Source: an uncultured Clostridia bacterium (GTDB taxonomy: Bacteria > Acidobacteriota > Blastocatellia > HR10). Taken from it: a DNA stretch of 64,000 bases. A model generated the notes under the pieces. The model made no database searches. It saw nothing but the letters and a program-made list of their open reading frames with translations, and had not been told where the DNA came from. This document shows, piece by piece, positions 22,122 to 29,744 of the stretch. Location: contig CAZTMT010000005.1 of assembly GCA_964615335.1 (NCBI GenBank), forward strand, positions 107,104-171,103, read 5' to 3'. Both the position numbers and the translations under genes were made by a program. Numbering within the stretch: the first letter of the stretch is position 1; every line of letters starts with the position of its first letter.

Positions 22122-25100
22122 GTGGCGCGACGGTTCTGGCTGCTGGTGGGGCTCGCGATCGCTCTTGTGGTGCTGCTTCGATCGGATCGGCTTCTTCGCA
22201 GGGCTTCTGAAATCACGGCACAGGCCTCTGCGATCCCCCGTCTGATCCTTTCAGGAGCCCGCACGACGAGCGCTTTCATCGGGCGGATTGGCCGAAGGGA
22301 GCGTCCTCGCGCGTTCGATGCCCCAGAGGCTGCTTCTTCAGGGGCGTTTCGAACGCAGGTTCTGCCGATTCCGGGTGAGCTTGGCCTCCTTTTTCAACGG
22401 CGGGAGCTGGTCCCCCTTTCGTTCGCCTTCGCCGATTTCGATGAAGATGGGCGTCCGGATGTAGTGGCGGGATTTCGCGGGCCGTGGGGGGGAGTGCTCG
22501 CGCTCTCTTCGGCCGGGGCGCTCTCTCGGACGATCGCTGTTCCGATCGAGCCAGGTGCGCTGTGTGCCGGCGATTTCAACGGCGATGGGCATACCGATGT
22601 CGCTTTGGCCGATGGGCGTTCGGCGCAGGTGCTTCTTCTTCTGGGCGATGGTCGAGGGGGATTCGCTGGCTCGCAAACGCTCGCCGTGCCCTTTGTGCCG
22701 CATGCGCTCGATGCGGCCCCGCGCGTGGGTCCTCCGCTTCGCCCTTCGGCTCAAGGGATTCTCCGCGTGCCGATGGATCTCTTTGCGCTCGGGGAGCGGG
22801 AAGGCCGATGGGAGATCGCGCGCCTGCGCGATCGGACCGTGATGCTTCGCCGATCGCTCCCGGAGTATTCCTCTGGGGAGGAGATCTCGCTTCGGGTGAC
22901 CGATTGGAACGCAGATGCGCGCGCCGATCTGTTGGTCGTCGGAGGCGATCGGGTGCTGATCTTCTCCGATCTCGCGCCCGAAGGACTTGGGATTCCACGG
23001 ATCGTCCGGCTGGATGTCTGGGTTCGTGCGTTTGCCGAGGGGGATTTCGATGGCGATCGGCGCGCGGATCTCGCTCTGCTGGATACGAGCGGTTTTCGTG
23101 TGGATGTGCTCTGGGGGGCGTCCTCACAGGTCACGTCTTTTGCGCTTCCGTGGGAAGCGCAGGCGCTCGTTTCGGCCGATATGGATGGGGATGGAGCATC
23201 GGACCTGGTGCTTGTGGCTGCGGAAGCTGCCAGGCTCGATATCTGGCCCGGAGCTCAGCTTCTTCTGCAGCGAGAAGGCATTCTCTTGGCGGGGAGCCGA
23301 CCGGGTGCGTCGGAGTCATCGGTCGCGCTGGCAGCGGGATGTCATCCCCTTGTGGCGCGCGCCGTATCCCTTCTGGGAGGCGGGCCGGATGTTCTTTTCC
23401 TTCTCAGTCGCGATCGGCCAGGCGTGGAGTGTCCGAGTCCGCTCCACATGGTGATGGCGCAGGCCAACGAACTTCAGGTCACCACGACGGCCGACAGCGG
23501 GCCCGGATCCCTGCGACAGGCGCTTCTGGACGCTAATGCAAGTCCCGGGCCCGATGTGATCCTGTTCCGCATTCCGACTTCGGATCCCGGGTTTGCCGGA
23601 GGGGTATTCACGATCCGCCTGCGCAGTCCGCTGCCGGAGATTCGCGGCGGAGGAGTCACTGTGGACGGCTCTACCCAGATCGCCTTCACGGGGGCGACCA
23701 ACGGAGATCGCCCGGTCATCGTCCTGAGCGGAGAGGAGATCTCGGAAGCCTCGGGCCTCATCCTGGCCAGCGATCGGAATGTCATTCGCCAACTGATCCT
23801 CTCGCGGTTCACCGGAGCGGGGCATGCGGCCATTGTGATTCGCGGAGGAGCAGAGAATGTCGTCGAGGGGTGTTTGATCGGAACGACAGCGACGGGAACC
23901 GGTCTGTCCGGGAATACGGTGGGCGTGCTCGTGACCGAGGGAGCGCGGGATAATCGAATCGGAGGGACGCACGCCGGTGCTCGCAACGTCATTTCCGCCA
24001 ACACGACGGGCATCCTCATTCGCGATACGACGACAACGGGCAATCTCATTGTGGGGAATCTCATCGGGGCGGCGACTGATGGCCGGACGCCTCTGTCCAA
24101 CGTGGATGGCGTGCGCATCGAGAACGGAGCCTCCGGCAATCGCGTGGGGATGCCCGGTGCCGGCAACATCATCGTCGCCAGCGTGGGAAATGGCGTGTGG
24201 ATTCGCGCTCCTGGAAGCGCGGATCGAAATCTCGTTCAGGCCAATCGCATTGGGATCACAGCGGGCGGAGAGCCTTTGGGGAATCGCGTGGATGGCGTTG
24301 CCCTCAGCAGTGGTCAGGAGAACCTCATCGGGGGAACCGAGCCCGGCGAGGGGAACGTGATCGCCTATCAGCGAGGAAATGGGATTCGCGTTCTCGCTCC
24401 TTCGCGGAGGAATCGGATTCTGGGTAATTCCATTTTCGGGAACGAGGGATTGGGGATTGACCTTCGTGGGGACGGACCGACTGAGAATGATCCCGGGGAT
24501 GGAGACAGCGGTCCCAATGATCTGCAGAATTTTCCCGTGATCGAGTCGGCCGTGCAGCGCGGCAACCGGCTCGTCCTGAGCGGACGGCTCGATACGCAGG
24601 CGGGCGACGTCCGCGTGGAGTTCTTCGCCAGCGCCACCTGTCACGCTTCGGGGTTTGGAGAGGGGGAGAGATTTTTGGGCGCGATCACGGTGCGGGCGAC
24701 AGGCCAGGCGCAGAGTCCGGCCTCTTTCGTCGCCGAGTTCTCGGTTCTCGCAGCGCGTCAGGTGATCACGGCCACAGCGACCGATGCTGCGGGCAATACG
24801 TCGGAGTTCTCGCAGTGCGTGCTCGTGAACACCGCGCCGATCGCCGAGGCGGGGCCCGATCAACTTGTGGATGAGGGCGCAGAGGTCGTTCTGGACGGTA
24901 CGGCGAGCCGCGATCCCGATGGAGATCCGATCTCCTTCCGCTGGCGGCAGGTGGCTGGTCCCACTGTCGCTCTCTCGGATGCGACATCGCCGCAACCTCG
25001 GTTCACGGCTCCGATCGTGGATCCTGCTGTGCCGCCTCCGGTTCGCCTCATTTTCGAGCTTGTGGTGAGCGATGGTCGGGCCGAGAGCGATCCGGATCGC

Positions 25101-25691
25101 GTGACGATCACCGTCAATCGGCGGCCGATCGCCAATGCGGGACCGGATCAAACGGTTCCTGACGGCACGCTCGTCACGCTGGATGGAACGCGCAGTTTCG
25201 ATCCCGATGGGGATGGGATCACCTTCCGCTGGACGCAGACGGCCGGGCCGGCGGTCGCGCTCACCGGAGCGACGACCCCGCGTCCGAGCTTCACGGCGCC
25301 GAATCTGGCTGTCACTGATGCCGCGTCGGTTCGCTTGACCTTCTCGCTCGTCGTTCACGATGGGCGCATCGAGAGCGCTCCGGACACGGTGGATGTCATC
25401 GTGCAGAACCTCGTTCGACTGGATGACACTCGTCGTAGCGGCAATCGGCTCGTCCTCAATCTGGCAACCCAGACCTTCGAGTTCCGCGCCGAGCGCGTCG
25501 CTCGGACCTTCACCGGAACGATCACGCGCCTGGTGCGCGGAGGCGGCGAGGGAAGCATGATCGAGGTGGTCGGATCCGGCGCGGAAGGGCTCGCGCTCAC
25601 GGTGCGTATTGACGTGCGTCGGAATGTCGCCGTGGCCGTTCTTCTCACCTCGAGCGAGACGTTCACCTTGTTCACCGGTGATGTGCAATAG
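22122..25691 (+). CDS. Giant surface protein: signal anchor, FG-GAP/VCBS β-propeller repeats, CSLREA-like plus right-handed parallel β-helix region, two PKD-like domains
   Basis: N-terminal FG-GAP motifs (ADFDEDGRPDVV, GDFNGDGHTDV, DMDGDGASDL). GPGSLRQALLDANASPGPDVILF is CSLREA-like. NVI/NRIGG repeats indicate a β-helix. ANAGPDQTV...DPDGDxIxFRW are PKD-like. 1189 aa, GTG start after GAGGAGG. Confidence 0.85.
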   Translation: MARRFWLLVGLAIALVVLLRSDRLLRRASEITAQASAIPRLILSGARTTSAFIGRIGRRERPRAFDAPEAASSGAFRTQVLPIPGELGLLFQRRELVPLSFAFADFDEDGRPDVVAGFRGPWGGVLALSSAGALSRTIAVPIEPGALCAGDFNGDGHTDVALADGRSAQVLLLLGDGRGGFAGSQTLAVPFVPHALDAAPRVGPPLRPSAQGILRVPMDLFALGEREGRWEIARLRDRTVMLRRSLPEYSSGEEISLRVTDWNADARADLLVVGGDRVLIFSDLAPEGLGIPRIVRLDVWVRAFAEGDFDGDRRADLALLDTSGFRVDVLWGASSQVTSFALPWEAQALVSADMDGDGASDLVLVAAEAARLDIWPGAQLLLQREGILLAGSRPGASESSVALAAGCHPLVARAVSLLGGGPDVLFLLSRDRPGVECPSPLHMVMAQANELQVTTTADSGPGSLRQALLDANASPGPDVILFRIPTSDPGFAGGVFTIRLRSPLPEIRGGGVTVDGSTQIAFTGATNGDRPVIVLSGEEISEASGLILASDRNVIRQLILSRFTGAGHAAIVIRGGAENVVEGCLIGTTATGTGLSGNTVGVLVTEGARDNRIGGTHAGARNVISANTTGILIRDTTTTGNLIVGNLIGAATDGRTPLSNVDGVRIENGASGNRVGMPGAGNIIVASVGNGVWIRAPGSADRNLVQANRIGITAGGEPLGNRVDGVALSSGQENLIGGTEPGEGNVIAYQRGNGIRVLAPSRRNRILGNSIFGNEGLGIDLRGDGPTENDPGDGDSGPNDLQNFPVIESAVQRGNRLVLSGRLDTQAGDVRVEFFASATCHASGFGEGERFLGAITVRATGQAQSPASFVAEFSVLAARQVITATATDAAGNTSEFSQCVLVNTAPIAEAGPDQLVDEGAEVVLDGTASRDPDGDPISFRWRQVAGPTVALSDATSPQPRFTAPIVDPAVPPPVRLIFELVVSDGRAESDPDRVTITVNRRPIANAGPDQTVPDGTLVTLDGTRSFDPDGDGITFRWTQTAGPAVALTGATTPRPSFTAPNLAVTDAASVRLTFSLVVHDGRIESAPDTVDVIVQNLVRLDDTRRSGNRLVLNLATQTFEFRAERVARTFTGTITRLVRGGGEGSMIEVVGSGAEGLALTVRIDVRRNVAVAVLLTSSETFTLFTGDVQ

Positions 25692-25808
25692 TCCAGTTCA
25701 CCTGGGATCGCCTCTCTCATGCGATCTTCGGCATCGCGGGGAAGAGATCCGGTTCTTTCTCTCACGAGCCAGGGCGATCGGTCGTGCGGTTTCTTCGAGG
25801 AGGGGGAA

Positions 25809-28508
25809 ATGAGGGCTCGATCTCCGGCCAGAGCGCTTGTTCAAGGGCTGCTCCTGATCGTGCTGGGGGGATGGGGAGGGCGCGGGATCGCGCAAGAGCG
25901 TCGCTCCGTTGAACCGGCCAACCAAACGGCGTCCACGACGACCGGGGGAACCAGCACCGGTCTCTTCCTGACCTGGAGCGGGCGCACGCTGCGCCGGGGG
26001 GAGTATACGCTGGGCCTCTTTTGGAATAATTTCGATCGGGATCCCGGCGATTTGGATATCAATCAAGCCTCGATCGCCTTCACGCTCGGCCTGACCAATC
26101 GGCTGGAGCTTTTTCTGGCGGCGAATGTTCTGCAGCAGGTGACTTCGCGTCAGCCTTTCGCCCTCTCCGGATATCAGTTTCATGGCCTGCGCAGCGCCTT
26201 CGGGGGCGATCCGTTTGTCGCCTTCGGATCGCCGGTGGGAGGGCGTGAGGGGGCAGCGGCGTTCTTCCCGTTGAGCGGAGCGCGCCTGGGGGGGATTTTG
26301 CCTCCGCCGGGCAGTTTCTTCGGACCCGCGATTTTGGCCGATCGGCCGAGTTTCTTCAACGAATGGCCCTTTTTCGGTCCGGCGGCCTTCCTCTCGCGCG
26401 AGCAGGGATTTGATCTGCAGCGCTCGGCCAACGGCATGGGGGATGTCACCCTGGGCCTGAAAGCGGCGCTGGCGGATCCGGCCGGCTCGTTCCCCCTGGC
26501 TCTGGCGGCTGTGCTGCGGTTGCCTTCGGCTCGGCACCTGGAAGCGTTAGCTCGCGGGAGGAGTTCGGGAGCTACAGATTTCGGCGTGATTGCGATCTCC
26601 GGCCAGAATGCCTGGGGCCACCGCCTGCGCCTGGTGCAAAACATCGGATATATTCGTTCGGGCGATCCGAAACTCAGCGGGGTGAAAATCCTCGATCGGC
26701 GCGATCAACTGCTGCTCAACGCGGGCGTTGAGATCGCGCCAGCCCAATGGCTTGTGCTTGTGGCCGAATGGGCGAATACGATCTATGTCTCTTCGGGGAC
26801 GCCCAACCTGAACGCGGTGAATCCTTCCGACCTGCTTCTTGGGGCGCGCCTGTATGCTTACGAAGGGCGCGTGCAGGTCGGAGGAGGGTGGCGACGCTTC
26901 CTCACCCAATCGGATCGGCGTGCGATCCCCGTCTTTCAGCCCGGCCGGGGTGTGTCCTCTCTGGACATCAGCTCGCGTGAGGCCAACGGCTTCGTCTTCA
27001 ACTTCGCTCTGGCGCGTCGAGCCTCTCTTCTTCCTCCTCCTGTGCCCAATCGCGCGCCGAGCGTCACGCTCTTTGCCGATCGCACAGAGGTGCGCGATGG
27101 GGAGCGCGTGATGCTCGAAGCGCGCGCCTTCGATCCGGATAACGATCTGTTGACCTACGCGTGGACGATTGAGCCTCCGGTCCCTCGCGAAGCTCTTCAG
27201 GCTGTCGGGGTGCCGCCGGGAGCGCCGCCGGGGAACCGTCTGCTGCTCGATACGACAGGATGGAATCCGACGCCGGGGGCTCCGGCTCGCACTTTCACCG
27301 TGACGGTTCAGGTCGAGGATGGGCGAGGGGGGATCGCTTCGGATCGGCGCGTGATCACGGTAGCCTCGCCGCCTCCTTCGCCCCCGCCGCCTCCTCCTCC
27401 GCCTCCCCCGCCGCCGGCGAATCGTCCTCCGGTGATTCGCGAGATCGAGATCGCGCCCGTCGGGGCTCCGCAAGTTCCCGGGCAGATCACCGATGGGGAT
27501 CTGCTGCGTCTGCGAGCCATTGCGGAAGATCCCGATGGAGATGTGCTTGTGTATCGCTGGAGCGCGACAGCCGGGCGCTGGGTCGGCGTCGGAAGTGAGA
27601 TCACCTTTGATACAGCGGGCATCACAGCCGGTCCCGGACAGCCGCCGGTCGCCGTGACGATCACGGTGACCGTGGATGATGGCCGAGGTGGTGTGGAGAG
27701 AGCTTCGCGTACGATCACAGTCGTCGCCGTGAAGCGTCCGGAACCAATCCCGCAGCCGGCGCTCTTCTTCGCTCGCCCGAACGCAGCGCGCATCACCAAC
27801 GCGCATAAGGCGATCCTCGATGATGTCGCCGATAAGCTGCGGCAGGACCCGCGCGCGACGCTCATCATAGATGGGCATCAGGATCGGGCCGAGCGGGCAA
27901 ATGTCGCCCGCGCACGCGCACAAAACGCGGCCGATTATTTGATTCGGCAACGCAGGATCGAACGGAGGCGTATTCGCGTGCGGAGCTTCGGAGCCCAACG
28001 TCCTCATCCCAGTGGACAGCGGCGGCGAAATCGGCGCGTGGAGCTGTGGATCCTCCCGGTCGGAGCGGAGGCGCCTCCGGAAGGGCAAGCGACTCCGCAG
28101 GCATTTCGTTTAGAACGGCATCCCGTGAGCGCCGTGGCGAGGGCCGGACAATCTGCCGGAGAGAGCACGCGGGCCTCCGCTTCCCCGGAAGACCAGAGGC
28201 CGATTTCGGCGCCAGCCGATCCGCGACGCCGTCCCTTGCGCGTGGGATCTTCGAGAGAGACACAGGTTGTGTCTCAGGCGGCCGGAACGTCGGCGCTCGT
28301 CGCTTCTGCGGCTTCGCGTCGTTTTGCTTCGGCTGTGCCGCAGGCGCGGAACGCCTCTGAATCTCGTCCGGCCCGTCGCGGACGAAAGCTAGCAGCTTCT
28401 GCACGTCAGGCGCTGGGCGTCCGATCCTCTTCGGTTCGCGCTGCCCTGAAGGGAAAGCCTTCGCGCGTCGGGCGGATCTCCTCTCAACTGGCCCGCCGCA
28501 TGGAGTGA
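25809..28508 (+). CDS. Surface/outer-membrane protein: β-barrel-like N-terminal region, two PKD-like domains with a poly-Pro linker, OmpA/MotB C-terminal peptidoglycan-binding domain, basic low-complexity tail
   Basis: Signal peptide with GAGGAGGGGGAA RBS. Amphipathic β-strand-rich N-terminal ~400 aa. DPDNDLLTYAW and DPDGDVLVYRW are PKD-like. A P12 stretch is present. The OmpA-C motif is IDGHQDRAERANVARARAQNAADYL...VELWI. Confidence 0.8.
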   Translation: MRARSPARALVQGLLLIVLGGWGGRGIAQERRSVEPANQTASTTTGGTSTGLFLTWSGRTLRRGEYTLGLFWNNFDRDPGDLDINQASIAFTLGLTNRLELFLAANVLQQVTSRQPFALSGYQFHGLRSAFGGDPFVAFGSPVGGREGAAAFFPLSGARLGGILPPPGSFFGPAILADRPSFFNEWPFFGPAAFLSREQGFDLQRSANGMGDVTLGLKAALADPAGSFPLALAAVLRLPSARHLEALARGRSSGATDFGVIAISGQNAWGHRLRLVQNIGYIRSGDPKLSGVKILDRRDQLLLNAGVEIAPAQWLVLVAEWANTIYVSSGTPNLNAVNPSDLLLGARLYAYEGRVQVGGGWRRFLTQSDRRAIPVFQPGRGVSSLDISSREANGFVFNFALARRASLLPPPVPNRAPSVTLFADRTEVRDGERVMLEARAFDPDNDLLTYAWTIEPPVPREALQAVGVPPGAPPGNRLLLDTTGWNPTPGAPARTFTVTVQVEDGRGGIASDRRVITVASPPPSPPPPPPPPPPPPANRPPVIREIEIAPVGAPQVPGQITDGDLLRLRAIAEDPDGDVLVYRWSATAGRWVGVGSEITFDTAGITAGPGQPPVAVTITVTVDDGRGGVERASRTITVVAVKRPEPIPQPALFFARPNAARITNAHKAILDDVADKLRQDPRATLIIDGHQDRAERANVARARAQNAADYLIRQRRIERRRIRVRSFGAQRPHPSGQRRRNRRVELWILPVGAEAPPEGQATPQAFRLERHPVSAVARAGQSAGESTRASASPEDQRPISAPADPRRRPLRVGSSRETQVVSQAAGTSALVASAASRRFASAVPQARNASESRPARRGRKLAASARQALGVRSSSVRAALKGKPSRVGRISSQLARRME

Positions 28509-28682
28509 GCACGGCGCTTCGAGGCGCGAAAGCTCTTCCGGGCTTCAACTCTGCTCTGTCGGCGTGTCGCCGCGCGCTCCGTGGGCATTACGCGTGATGT
28601 CCCCATCAGGCGGATACCGCGAGCGCGGGTCTTGACCTTGACACGTGCTATAGGGTTTATCATGGGGAGCCGGGAGGGAGAG

Positions 28683-29144
28683 ATGCCGGGCCGACACTTC
28701 TTCATCGGCGAGCTGGCCAGGGCCGTCGGGGTGAACCCGCAAACGGTTCGCTATTACGAACGCGCGGGGTTACTGCCGCGCGCGGCGCGGACGCCGTCCG
28801 GGTATCGCCTCTACGATGAGGAGGCCGTTGCGCGGCTCCGATTCATCAAGGCCGCTCAGTCCCTTGGCCTGTCGCTGCGAGAGATCCGTGAGATCATCGC
28901 GCTCAGTCGTGCGGGCCGATCTCCCTGCGCGCGCGTGCGCGCTCTGCTTCACCAGAAGGTGCGGGAGCTGGATCACAAGATCGCGCAGTTGCGCGCCTTC
29001 CGCCGAGAGCTGGCCGCGCGCCTCACACAGTTGGAGCATATGCCCGATGATGCGGATTCCTCGCCCTATGTCTGCTCGCTCATCATGGCCGTTGCCCGGC
29101 ATCGCTCATCCAGAAATCCCCATGAAAGGAGGGAAAGCGTATGA
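28683..29144 (+). CDS. MerR-family transcriptional regulator (metal/redox sensor type)
   Basis: MPGRHFFIGELARAVGVNPQTVRYYERAGLL is the canonical MerR helix-turn-helix N-terminus. Coiled-coil dimerisation helix with Cys in SPCARV, plus a C-terminal Cys (YVCSL). GGGAGGG RBS. Confidence 0.85.
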   Translation: MPGRHFFIGELARAVGVNPQTVRYYERAGLLPRAARTPSGYRLYDEEAVARLRFIKAAQSLGLSLREIREIIALSRAGRSPCARVRALLHQKVRELDHKIAQLRAFRRELAARLTQLEHMPDDADSSPYVCSLIMAVARHRSSRNPHERRESV

Positions 29145-29311
29145 AGCGCACACGCCGATGGGTGCTTGTTTCTCTGCTCGGAGCTGCCGTGGGGATCGGG
29201 ATGCTCTCGGCATTGTGGGCATCCTCAGGTGATCCCACGAGCTGTCCGGGACGCATCGTCTGTCCGCTCACGGGGAAGGTCATCTGCCGAGACGCCTGCC
29301 CGCTCAGGTGA
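29141..29311 (+). CDS. Small secreted 4-Cys peptide (56 aa), translationally coupled to the MerR gene
   Basis: ATG at 29141 overlaps the MerR TGA stop (ATGA). AAAGGAGGG sits 8 nt upstream. Sequence is MKRTRRWVLVSLLGAAVGIGMLSALWASS|GDPTSCPGRIVCPLTGKVICRDACPLR, with a Sec-type signal peptide and a mature part bearing C-x5-C-x7-C-x3-C with three CP dipeptides. Not in the ORF track because it is shorter than 60 aa. Confidence 0.55.
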   Translation: MKRTRRWVLVSLLGAAVGIGMLSALWASSGDPTSCPGRIVCPLTGKVICRDACPLR

Positions 29312-29744
29312 GCGGCGCACTCGGGGGCACTCCGGCGAGCCTTCGGCGTGCGGAGAGCCCCCGCTCGGTTTGTCATCCACCGAACCGGATGAAGCGTCGC
29401 GTCCTGAGGCATTGTGGGCGTGGCGTCGGTTTGTAAGAGGCGCGAGAGCCCCCTCACCGGTGATGCCGCACCGGTGAAGACGTGACGTGCGCGTTACTCC
29501 GGTTTCCTCACCTCTGGCGGCCCATCCCCACTATGTCCTCGCCGAGCCTTTTCGCCGACTGCCACGACCGGAAGGGACCTAATCGAGTTCAAACAACCTT
29601 AAAATCGTCCTAGACAAACCGTCATCCCATCGCTTACTAGTGACGGGCGGGCGCAGATCAGGAAGAAGCACGAGGGGTTGGGGATGCGCCCAGTTGCCGG
29701 TTTGGGGTGGTGTTTGATCTTCCCTGAGAAAGGAGACCAAGAGC

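Noticed and set aside
23316-25688. 790-aa minus-strand ORF fully antisense to the giant surface-protein gene
   Set aside because: Arg/Pro/Ala/Gly-rich low-complexity translation typical of antisense frames in high-GC DNA. The plus-strand gene has clear domain content.
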